Shown here piece after piece: positions 12,979 through 24,343 of a stretch of 64,000 nt of DNA. Made by a program: the position numbers and the translations under genes. This DNA is from Trichosphaerium sp. ATCC 40318. Taxonomy: Eukaryota > Protista > Tubulinea. A model generated the notes under the pieces. That model ran no database searches, had not been told where the DNA came from, and worked only from the letters and a program-made list of their open reading frames with translations. Where the stretch lies: contig JALMLS010000015.1 of assembly GCA_038496445.1 (NCBI GenBank), positions 682,001 through 746,000 on the forward strand. The letters run 5' to 3'. Position 1 is the stretch's first letter; every line of letters begins with the position of its first letter.

Positions 12979-14883
12979 ATGAGCAGTGGCTATCAGATTG
13001 TTCATAGTTGGACATTTCCATTAGCTTTTTTGTACCTCATTATAACTCTTGTTGCTGCTTTCCAGCTCGTATGTAGTCTATATTTTAGGTTCGTGACGCC
13101 AATCTTATTCGATTAATTAATATTGGTTTAGATGGAAGGTGGCATCGTTCCACTATGGCCAAGTACTTCTGTCATTCGTGTGGGGCCTTATGCGGACAGT
13201 ATTCTTTATGTTCTTCCATTATTGGGAACAACATATAGCAATCAAGCTTATATTGTTCTGGTAAGCATTACTATATCTTTTTTAGTTTGTTGACGCGCTT
13301 AGGCTGCCTATTAACCTTCACTTTGCAACATTCCTTCTATTAGCGGTTTTCTACACGTCTATCATTTATAAATCATCGTGGAGAAAAGTACGCTCAATAT
13401 GGATGTATGTCTACACCGGCGTAAACTTGCTTCTTTTTGTATTGTTCATTGGTACGTCCTCTCAAACTACGCGCGATCAAAGCTTATGGCATGATAGTAT
13501 CTGTTATTACAGGCACAAGTTCTATGGATCCTCAAAAAGGAAGCACGCAAAAAAGAATGACATTCCAAAGTGCTAGAACAATAGGTAACGCGGTGTTGTT
13601 TTTAGTGCTTGTTGGTGTTTTATCTTTTCTTGGCTGCAAGATCTGTTTAATGTACAGGAACATCAATACAAATCAGGTACGCTTCATTTCTTAACGTATT
13701 TTAGCGCTTTTTTGTGATATGCGAGCTAATAAAGCTTGGGATGGGCGAATTCTTAAATATTTTCAAATAACGTTGTTTTCCCTTTTGTAACGCGCATTAA
13801 CATCGATTTAGCTTCCTCAAGCGACAGGATTGAGTTTTATTAAATTAGTGATTGTAACAACGCTTACGTTTCTCCTCTTCACTTCGAGGAGTATTTACGA
13901 TATGTACGCTTCTATAATAAGCAGTTTCTCAGCGTTGTACTCGTTTTTTAATGTTTTGCAGATTATGCGTCACAGCTACAAAGCTAGGACTGCTTCAAAT
14001 AGATGGAGGAAGTTGGACTAATGAAGCGGTACGCGTAGCCAACGAATAAGCTTCTCTGGTGTTCAAACAAATCAAAAAACAAGTTTCTCCGCCTTCCTTT
14101 TTTTAGCGTTTTTCGGCTACTTGTTCTTATTTTTTTTTTGTAGAGTGTCAAGCACCAAGTAACGGCATGTATACTATATGCCATGTGGGAAATTATTCCT
14201 ACAATATTGATTCTATTACTCTTCTGGAGGGTACGTTAGAGCTGAGATATTTATCTTCTTTTGACACGCAACATTTTTTTCTGAAAGAAAAGCGTGCTGC
14301 CTTAACTACGTGCTGTTTACTCAAATATTGTAGATTCCAAGAGCCTCTGATTTAAACCGTGGAAAGGCAACGTTTCCATATACTAGGCTAAACCAAGAGA
14401 GTATGAGTAATTTCTTTGTTTTGATTTCAAGTTCTTTTTGTTTTAATGTATGCTTAGGCGCTACAAGAACTAAGCTTTTAGCTGGACTTGCTGATTCAAT
14501 AGGAGAAGACGAAACTGGGGTCTTTAAAGACCCTAATCGTTATAATTCAGGTACATCTGGTAGCGATGATGATAATATAAACAATAAACCAAAGTATGAC
14601 ACTGTAAATAATGGTACGTCTTCTACACGTTTTGCCCAATTATAAAATCCATTTCCCACGCACTTTTGGTATTGACACCCAAATAAACCGATTATCACGC
14701 GTTTTTATTGTTTTCCTTTTTTCGAGCTTTAGGTTCGCTAACAATACACGTATAGAACCTATTCAGCGTGAACGTGCGCCATGGAGCTCTTTAGTAGGTG
14801 GTCCTTATAAAGCTTACGCTTCTTCGTTTGATGGCGCGCCAGAGTCAAAGAGCGATGAAGAGCCACGATTGGTTATTCAATAG
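12979..14883 (+). CDS. GPR137/TM7SF1-like 7TM membrane protein
   Basis: Hydrophobic helices WGLMRTVFFMFF and FWLPINLHFATFLLLAVFY. C-terminal FKDPNRYNSG..SDDD resembles the GPR137 FDNPRRYDSDDD motif. 3' end could be 14645 or 14883. Confidence 0.7.
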
Positions 14884-15366
14884 AGCCAATCTATGTACAT
14901 ATCAACAAGAAAAAAAAGAAGGAAAAAAGAAGAAAACAGGGAGCACTTGTTGGACTTAGTAGTATATTAATACTGCAAAAAATTGTAATTACACCAGCAA
15001 TATCCTGATATTTGTGTATCGATGTTTTTATTGCAATCAATAACAATAAACAAAATGAGTTTATTAGCGTATAGTGTGCATTAAAATACTAAGTAAGGAG
15101 CTCCTGAAAGAGTATTCAAAGCGTACATTATATTCCGAGAGAATATTTGGTATTGCGTAGCTGTGAATCGCTCACGCAAGTAACATTCACTCCGTCCTCT
15201 CGCGGTTGATAAATCCAAGACTAGACACGTATTTTTACATGCTTAAGACTCCTTGAAATTGCGAACGTATTACATAAGAGTGAACACTTTGATTGATTTT
15301 GTGCATTTGAATCCCAAGTCAACATTTTTAACACCCAATCCAAAAACTTTGAAACCAACAAACAAC

Positions 15367-16230
15367 ATGTCTGTAAAAGCAAAGAAATACACCCTCAGTC
15401 GCCATAATTTCCATGAGGAATCAGAAGCAGGGTTAAATACTCACATCAACGCAGAGCTTTCTGCTCACTACACGTTAGTAAACCGGTTTTGCTTTTTTTT
15501 TTCATGGCTAAATATTTTCTCCGTATCAATCTTAAATGCTCTTAGGTACACTGCTATGGCAGCTCACTTTGACAGAGATGATGTAGCTTTGCCTGGTTTT
15601 AAAAAATATTTTGCTGAGCAAGCTAAGGAGGAACGACAACACGCTCAAGCGTTCATAGATTACCAAGTACGTTATTTTAATCTATCAACCACTTTGCCCG
15701 CTGCGGAAAAATTCAAAAAGTATATCAATCATAAGTATTTTTACGGACTGTCGTCGACGTGTCTTGCGTCAGTTTGATGAAATAAAAAAAATTTTATCAC
15801 GTGATCGCAAGCCAAAAAAAATTTCATTGTTCAAAAATAACGTTGTAGTATCCAGTGGCTACTTCGTTGTCATTTCTACTATTTTACAAAATTAACACTT
15901 CGCGTTGTTTTTTTTTAACACTTGTTTGTTTAGAATAAGCGTGGTGGACGTGTTCAATTAAGCGCTATCGAAGCACCCCCAACGGAATTTACGCCATTGG
16001 CTGCTTTTGAACAAGCTTTACAGCTAGAGCACGAAATATACGATAAACTATTGGCTCTACACGCAATAGCATCAAAACATAACGATCCTCAATTTTGTGA
16101 CTTTTTGGAGTCCAATTTTCTCGAGGAGCAAGTTGCTTCACTCAAAGAGATTTCTGGTATTATTACTAATCTCAAACGTGTTGGAGATGGTATTGGTGTA
16201 AACATAATAGACAAAGACTTAAGATGCTAA
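15367..16230 (+). CDS. Ferritin (3 exons)
   Basis: RHNFHEESEAGLNTHINAELSAHY, FDRDDVALPGFKKYFAEQAKEERQHA, YQ/NKRGGRV, NDPQFCDFLESNFLEEQV are eukaryotic ferritin signatures including ferroxidase residues. Confidence 0.96.
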
Positions 16231-16442
16231 GTCAATCAATTAATCGGCCGATTCCCGTAGGCCTTTTTTTTTGTTGAGAAAATAAAACTTGTTTGCAGAA
16301 GATTTATTTATTTTGAGCTTCGTTTTATCTTTTTCATGAAATGAGTCCGTCTACCCAATGTATAAAAAGTATTAGCAGTCTGTATTACTTTATAACGTAA
16401 TATGGAGACTTGGTTATAAGGTATCATGTGGAGGAATTCACA

Positions 16443-18911
16443 TTATTGTTGTGTCATTTTCTTCTGTGTATCGGAGTTTCTGGATGCCATTGAATCATTT
16501 TCGGCGTATATGTTTTTAGAGGAACTCATTGATCTACCAGAGGTTATGGCATCTTCTTCATATTCAGCTCCTTCTGACATGGCTACTTCAAACTCAATTT
16601 CAAAGTTGAACAATGAGAACACCTATGGTTTACAATTTGTTAACATTGAAGTACTTCACGTGAGCTTTGCAGTATTGGTGCTACTGGATAACCACAAGAT
16701 ACTACTCTTAAGTTGTAGCTAAAATTTGGACGCACCTCTATCTCTATACCAACGCCAATTGATCCAGTGATACCTTAAGTAATGTTACTTCAGAAAACTC
16801 TCAGTGAGGGCGTACCATTTTTCTGAGCCTTAAGGATTGTTTGTCGTAAACCTATAATAGCTTTTCGGATAGAATTAGTAAGTATTCTCCTTAGGACGGC
16901 TAGTAAAAACGGATTAGTACAAAACGCTACTATTTTGTGAGCGTACTTGACTTTGCTTCTTTTTCTTCTTCCTCGTCTTCATCAATAGCATCGGCAGTTT
17001 CGTCGTCAGCCTCATGCTACATGAAGGCATTAATATGCAATTCAAACACATGGTAATTCTGCAGCACTTACATCAATCTCATCATCCAACTGCTCTAGTT
17101 TGTGCTCTTCCTCATTAGTATCAACTGAAGCTGGATCAATAGTAATTGATGCAAAGACTTTGAATATTCCCTGCAAAGCAATAAGTTGTCTTAGGCATCA
17201 ATAAAACATTTTAGCGTACCACTTTACAACCAATAGAAACAGTACAGGCAATGCCTGCTTTAGCAAGCATGAGTTTAACAAGATTCAAGGCATATATTAG
17301 TTTGCTTTGCAGCTTGACCATAGTTGACTCGCTTAGGTCATCCACGTGCTTTACTAGTCTTGTAACTTCTACGTCTACTTCCATATCACTCATGCCAAAC
17401 GATTCCCACTGTCTTCGTGTCTCTCCTTCTGCGAGGGTATCCAAGAAAGAGTAGGCTCGTCTCGGACTTAACAATAAAGGTAAGAAAATTTTGTGTAACT
17501 AACGAACGTACTTCCAGGTTCCATTAGGCCCTGACTGTGCGCAGGTAATTCTGAATGCATCAAGAAGAGAAAAATCACGTCCTACGTTAGGTACTTCGAA
17601 TCCGAAATCGTTCTCCTTTGTAAACTACAATAACATAAGCAAACTAGGTTGCCGTTCGTTTTTATTTGTACCTTGCAATTATCTTTCTTTACTTTTTTAG
17701 TCAAACTCTTAACCTTTTTACGGGTAGAGTTGAGTTGTATCTCAAGATTTACCTGAGAGGGGAGAACACCTCCACTAACGGATAAAGTAAGCATAAAAAA
17801 CCCCATTTAATTTCTTTTGTACTTTCTCTCCAAGTTTCGAATTCCATGAATCTTCAAATCAACCCAAACAGCTGCAGTAGCGCCCCCACGATCTCCTCTA
17901 AATGCCTAGATGTATATCAAATTTAGTCCATGACAAGAGTGTATCACTGAACTGTAATACAACTTCAAAAGAAAAACATATGAACAAAACTTTCTTGGTA
18001 CTTGTGATTATTCTCTGACGTACATTTTTTATGACAGTGCGTGAGATTGAGTTAAGGTACTTATCCTTTGTTATACCGCCAGTCTAGAGAGTAAGTGAAT
18101 AAAGCATCAGGTCAAGAATGTAGTGATTGATCATACCCTTGATACCAAAGCTTTTGGGATTCTGCTCTTTGGCAAGGCCATGTGTGTCACATTGAACCGT
18201 ATTTTAGGGCTATATACTGCTCCTGTTGAACTACCTTCTGGTACCTCTTTATATTGTGGGTACTTGTGCTCATGTGCAATAGAATCGTTGAGCTTTAGAT
18301 TGTGTAAATCAAACTCGAACGGTTTATCACTACAAAAAGATCAGCTGAAACTGCGCTTTAAATACCTAACTAAACGCTCCGTACAGTTTCTTTTTAAAGC
18401 CAACAGTCTTGAAATCATATCTACAGTATTGGTTTTAGATAAAGGAAAGGTACAGAAGAGAAAACCGAAAAAAGTTCAAATCTCACACTTTAAATTCAAT
18501 TACGTCATCGATGCCTCCTTGTTTGTTGAGTAACGTATCTTTAACAGTTTGTCAGCTCCATTACTATACTATAAGCGGTGTACCAGGCACTTCAAGAATG
18601 AAAATCTCATAAAACTGCTAGTTGTTAACCAAGAATTTTATAAAATAGCTGCTTACCACTGGTGAGCGTGTGTGCTTTTGTATTCCGCTCTTATGTCTCA
18701 TTTCGTTTCCTTTCGACTTTAAATTGAGAATGTAGTACGGATCGCACCTAGATAGCGTTAGGATACATATATACGCTCAAAAAGGAATATAAAGCTCGTA
18801 TTTGATGTACCGCATAGAAAGAGGATCTTTCGAGCTACCAGGCCTAAAATCTGTACCATTGAGCAGTAAGACTTCTACGAAGTGCTGTTTCTTCTCTTCT
18901 GTTGCAGCCAT
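16443..18911 (-). CDS. C2-domain-containing protein, multi-exon
   Basis: MAATEEKKQHFVEVLLLNGTDF...CDPYYILNL...KSGIQKHTRSPV...FYEIFILEV...EFKV/YDFK follows the C2 pattern. The acidic C-terminal part ends KKMTQQ*. Confidence 0.6.
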
Positions 18912-20030
18912 GTCGGTTTAGCCGTATCTACTTGCGTATTATCTCACTAGTGCTTACTCAAGAAACCTAAACACGTTAAGGAGTTGTTTCAATAAGGAAA
19001 GAGGCTCTAAATTGTTCTTGGCGCATCTATCATTTATAAGTATGTTCGTTGTCACTTTTAGCACTGTTAGCTAAAAGGACAACCGTGTAGTTACTCGCCT
19101 TGTAAATTCATAGAAAAACAAACCACGTGCAGTGCAATCTTGTGGTGAAAAAAATAACGAACAAGTGAAGCTCACTTTTATGACTGCTTGCACTAGCGAT
19201 GTTCCAAACGGATAGATTGCAAAATTCGTGTTTGAACCAAATTTTCTTGGTTTATTCGAATATATTCTTCTCGCTTTTTTTGTGGTGAGATAAAACGGCA
19301 CAAATTACATCCTTATTGCTGTCCTGAACCCATTTTTTTACATCTGAACACGTCTGAGACTTTTTTTTAATAGAGCAAGTGGATAAAACTACAAAATTGT
19401 GATAAAATATGTTTTACCTCAAGTGATGGCTATTTCTACTCGTGGAAAGTACTAAAAAGTGGTTTTGAGACAGCAAAAAATAGATCACGTGGTGGGCTCA
19501 AGATTGGCTCGAATTGTCAAAAAAACGTCACCACTGGCACAATTTCACAACAAAAGTGTCGGTTAGGCTTACTGTGTTACCGCTAAAACGTAGGTATCTT
19601 AAACTCACTCAATATAGGGCTTTCAACCACTCTATGTATAGAAATATGCATTTTAAAACGTATGAGAGTGGTTTGGATGAACAAAAAGCACTTGGTGATT
19701 AAAAAAAAAGCCAACAACTTTCAGTTTCACAGTCGCTCTTCTCTGAAAACCGAATCGGAATATATTCGACTATTTCCAACTTTTTACGTTCTGGCGATAG
19801 ATTCGGTATTCTATTCGTTTGGAACATCGCTAGCTTGCACGTGTCAACATATTGAGTTTTTAAACGTGTATACATACCAGTATGTCATGACGAATCAACA
19901 AAGCTATTTAGGACGTTTCTGTAAACTACAATTTGTTCAACCAAAATTAGGACAGTTTCTTTCCCGTCAGTACAAATTAGCTGGCATACAGGTGAAAGTT
20001 GAAGTCCCATATGGTCAGAGTTGAAACAAG

Positions 20031-20165
20031 AAATTCTTCATCCTTGATATCAATTCACAGGAACAACTTTTACTTCTCTTCTTACACTTCTGAGAGACCA
20101 CGGCACAATAGCTCGCCTTAGAGGGCCACAGATAAATACAGATACTATGAAAACAACGAATATCT
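20031..20165 (-). pseudogene. Orphan duplicate of the last exon of G3 (TM end and tail)
   Basis: Near-identical to 21289-21443 with a small deletion; no upstream exons. Confidence 0.8.
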
Positions 20166-20205
20166 TTATACTACAGCCTCTGCGTTCTATGTACATAGCT
20201 GTTGG

Positions 20206-20513
20206 TTAAGCTGAGAAGCATGCATAGAAGTCGTTGCCTTGAATAGTTGTTGCAGAAGTACAGCCTCGTGCATAGCATGTCCTGCATTTTTTAGAACTTG
20301 TTTTTGCTTCTACACCAGGATACTCCTTTTGTGGGCAATGTTTGGTTTTATGCTTACATAGTTGAATTCCATTGTAAACTAAACCCTTCATTAAAACAAA
20401 AACACAAAAGTGAGTTCTAAAGACATACAGTATTTCCTGGAGCATTTACCATTACAGCCTTTGACAATGCATAGCAAGCAAAGAAATACAGCGAAGAGTA
20501 GTAGGAGTTTCAT
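20206..20513 (-). CDS. Secreted 6-Cys cationic peptide, copy P1 (one intron)
   Basis: MKLLLLFAVFLCLLCIVKGCNG/LVYNGIQLCKHKTKHCPQKEYPGVEAKTSSKKCRTCYARGCTSATTIQGNDFYACFSA*. Hydrophobic signal peptide; two paralogues in the window. Confidence 0.8.
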
Positions 20514-21327
20514 TTTTAAGGGTGTAGTTGTTTGTATTGTTGGTGTTGAAGAACAATGCTAATTTAAGTGAGATATTGGCTATTTTACGTTTGTGATTCC
20601 TTAATAACTTACTATTCACTTCTACGCTCATTGAGGTACCCAAAGAAGTGAATAGAATTATAAATGATGCAAGTTAAATATCGGGTAAATAGTTACTACC
20701 GGACAAACTGCAAAAACACGTGCGCCTCGGAAAGGTAGTTTTATGATTGACGCCTTTGGGTAGGCACTTAGGGAGGACATCCAGTGCCACGATTGAGGGT
20801 ACAACCAACCCTAGACTTTTTTTTTTCTGAACTTTCAGCTGATGCCAAAAAATATTACCGATTGAACTTAATGACTAGAGCTCATAGAAAACTGGTACAA
20901 ATTAATATTACTTTTTTACATGTTAACTTACTAGCTCCAGGCGCGAATGCTGGCACATTCAGGCGTAAAGAGGAGTGTTAACCGCGAGAAAACTGTTAAA
21001 ACCTCAAAGAAAATTACAAGCATGTCCAAAGTATCTTGCGCTGAGCGTACGGTATTAACATAGTGTAATAATCTGTTTTAGAGTATAGGAGACAACTGTT
21101 AGACCTCTAAGGTAATCAGAGACGTTAACAGAACTACACTGTACCAAATAAAATAATGGTTAAAAACACGTGGTGTCGCAATATGTATGCGTTGTAGACG
21201 TGGATTTAGTTTTTTCCAGAACTGACAAGATCCGTCAGATCTGACTAGTAGTTTTTGACAGATCTTGCAAGAACTAACAGAAGTTGAGAAATTCTTCATT
21301 TTATTTAGCTACAACTTTCCCTTGATA

Positions 21328-23677
21328 TCAATTCACAGGAACAACTTTTACTTCTCTTCTTACACTTCTGAGAGACCACGGCACAATAGCTTGCCTTAGA
21401 GGGCCACAGATAAATACAGATACTATGAAAACAACGAATATCTATTACATTAGCAAGATCACTAAAATAAGAAGTTGCACTTACTACTAAGAAACCAAAT
21501 ATTGCTCCAAGCACAATGGCTAAAGTATTACTATCACTTCTACAGTCGTTTGTGATTAAAAACAAGTCAATGCCATTGTTAGAGCGTTGTTGTTTGTGGT
21601 CAACACAATCACTGGTTATTACTTGAACAATGCCGTTTATACAAGGTGATGAAATAGCATTGATCACTTTGTCAGATGATGTGTCCACTCCTGATACATC
21701 AATCACAAATGAAGTATTCTGTTTTATCTCAAGGCACCCTAAAAACATTGTAAGAACTACTACAAGGACTTCATAGTACCTTCAACAGTAAGAGTTGTAG
21801 CTGTTTCATCTTCAACTTGTAGGATTACTTCACCTTTGTTTGTGAAATCACCTTTGATCACTGTTGGCGACTGAATAGTTACAATGGCATTTTGAAGTAC
21901 AAGAACGTGAGCATCAATAACGCATACTGATTCCATCGGATAACATTGAATACAACAACTATCCGTACACTCTCTAATTCTTGCTTGTAAAGAAGTAAAC
22001 CAAAAGTTTATTTAGTCACAACGTACAACGACAATCCGCAAACTCTGAAGCATTAATGAAAGCCCAATATTGATCGCTAGTTATATCTGACGCCAGCAAC
22101 ACCTATTAAATAGTCCCAGAGTTGTTACAAAAACGAATAGCATACGAAAATTAGGCAGTGCTGTTTGTCCAAAAAGGTGTGAATATCTGGTCGGGAAATT
22201 AGGCTAGTAATTTGGGATGTATTAACTTTCTTCTGAACTGCGTCTTCCTATGATATGTTAAAAACAATTCAATAGCACGTTCATTGATACCAATTGCGGG
22301 GTAGAAGATAACGTGACATCTTTTGAAATCCTGTTGAAGTGTAAATACACAAATGGAGTGTACCCAGACTCGTGAGTGTTTATGACTGCTGTTGGCCCCG
22401 CATCCAGCGACTCCTTTAGAGTATAGGGAGTGATTCCACCAGTCCTAAAACTTGCACTGTGTCTGCAATTACTACCTACTAGTTTGTATATTGTTGTAAT
22501 TGTAACGCCTATTTCTATATGTATCTGCAATACCAAAGAGTTTTTGAACTCATTGTACTCCAGAAATTCTATTGTGTTGACATAGGCACTGTAATTGAAC
22601 GCACTGGTCTGATTTCGTAAGTATACCATGTTATTTGAAGTCAACGTACTGTTGGAAAGACAGCTAGTTTATTCTCTTCAACATCGAAATAGGAGATAAG
22701 CAAGAAAACAGTGTTGTTGATAGTATGTGCCAGCAATAGAGTTGTATTGTCAGCTACTGCAAAGGCAAAATCATGTACTCTTTCAGTGGCGTTTAAAAAA
22801 GGTGAAAGCCCTTTTGGTAAGTAAATTCTACATCACATAATTTTTTTTTGAAGTATTTTTTTATGTACGTATGGGATTTTGATCTTGGTAAAACTCGAAC
22901 GTTGTTCTGCTATTAAAGAAGTTGAAAGAAACATAGTATATGCCTAACAGTACTTAAATAAAGCGACAGGCGTCGTTTCGATAGTGCATCATACCTTCAC
23001 GTGAGATAAAATTATATGACCTTACAACGAGATTCTCAGAAAGAGGAAATGCATGAGTAGAGCGTATTGATATTTCCTTCAACAAAAAGCACACAATGTT
23101 AGAAGCAAAAGTATACTGTTTGGTGCTTACCTTTGTGGAGATGGTAAGACTAAGGAATGATACACAAAAGCTTGTTACGTTTTTGTGTATCATGGCAAAG
23201 CCTGGGGAATTGTTGCGGTCGACATCATTGGTTAGCTTCGGATCTCTAATGTTCGGAATGAAGAACGGTTCTAATGTTTGATTTCCAACCAGCAAATCTA
23301 CTCATGGCTTAAGTGAACGTAGATATTTTGAAGGTTTCTTACCATCTAGCGTTGTCACTGTAACAATTACACCAGGAACAGATGCTTTGTCTATCAAATA
23401 AGTCAATATGAAACCAAACGACGCTAACCACCTGCATTAGCTGCGAAGATGTAAAAAGTAGTGTTGTATGCTTCTAAAGCGCTCATAGTTGTTGTTCCAT
23501 TTGAAGATATGTCAGTTCCTTCAAGTATCCCACGTGAACTAAAAAACTGATCCAAAGGTGGTGCAGGGCTGAATACAACTAACATGCATAAATAAATAAC
23601 CGTTTAAACAATAATTCTACTTGAGTACCTGGTAGAAATAAAAGCGAGTACAGTATAGCAACGGCGATGGTTAACAT
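21328..23677 (-). CDS. Surface-protein family member G3, module A (TM), no PST stalk
   Basis: Start MLTIAVAILYSLLFLP. Head is APPLDQFFSSRGILEG...TTFYIFAANA. Then ECTDSCCIQCYPMESVCV and tail GPLRQAIVPWSLRSVRREVKVVPVN*. Confidence 0.8.
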
Positions 23678-23744
23678 TTAAACCTGTGTGTAAGTTGATG
23701 CCAAAAAGAGTTGAATGATGTTGTTTTATTTGGGGAACACCAAG

Positions 23745-24343
23745 ACTTGAGAAATAAAACAGAACACCAGTGTCGCTCATCTGTCATTCCTCTGCTACAG
23801 TAGCATTAGCAATATCGTCATCACGCGATATTACCCACATAACACAACCTTCCTAAGAATCATTCATAATGGCAAACCAAGTGCATTCAAGTTCGGCACA
23901 AAAGTGCCATGAAGATCTGGGCATATAAATTGCCATCTGTTTTCAAGTCTTTTTTTTTTAGGTTCTAGAAGTTTCAATCAATAGATTCTTCAAAAAATTG
24001 AGTTGTCTTGGCATTTGGTCTTCCTGAATGCAACATAAATTAGGATAAAAGCACATTGGCTAATAAAAATATCAAACAGAAATTTCAATATTTTCGAGTC
24101 ACGCTTGAAAAGTGGCATTGGTAAACCAATAGAACCAGAGCCGTACTATGTACCCCTCCAGAACCAAAGAAGGAGATAGGTGAAGAGGTGTAATATCAGG
24201 AGTTGAGAAATAAACCAGAACATCACTCATCTATCATTACTCTACCACAGTAGAAATAGCGGCTCGTTTTCATTGAATAGTTCCTTAGGAAAGCTCGTCG
24301 TGATATTACCCAAACAATACGCTCCAAAGAATTATTCATAATG
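23745..24343 (+). repeat. Imperfect ~125-140 bp direct repeat (about 23745-23871 and 24200-24343) in the divergent G3/G4 promoter
   Basis: Both copies contain ttgagaaataaa.cagaaca...ctcatct.tcatt.ctct...acagtag...gatattaccca...aagaat.attcataATG. Confidence 0.65.

Noticed and set aside
15845-15870. CAGTGG in ferritin intron 2 as a possible iron-responsive element
   Set aside because: It is intronic and lacks the 5-bp upper stem and C bulge. No IRE seen in the 5' region.
18470-18510. Apparent EFKV-TGA-D in the C2 gene, suggesting TGA=Trp recoding
   Set aside because: An intron starting gt|gtgaga and ending ctgtag gives EFKVYDFK in frame. Stops elsewhere also fall in introns, so the standard code suffices.
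19000-20030. Short ORFs between the C2 gene and the orphan exon
   Set aside because: No motifs or coherent exon chain; treated as intergenic.
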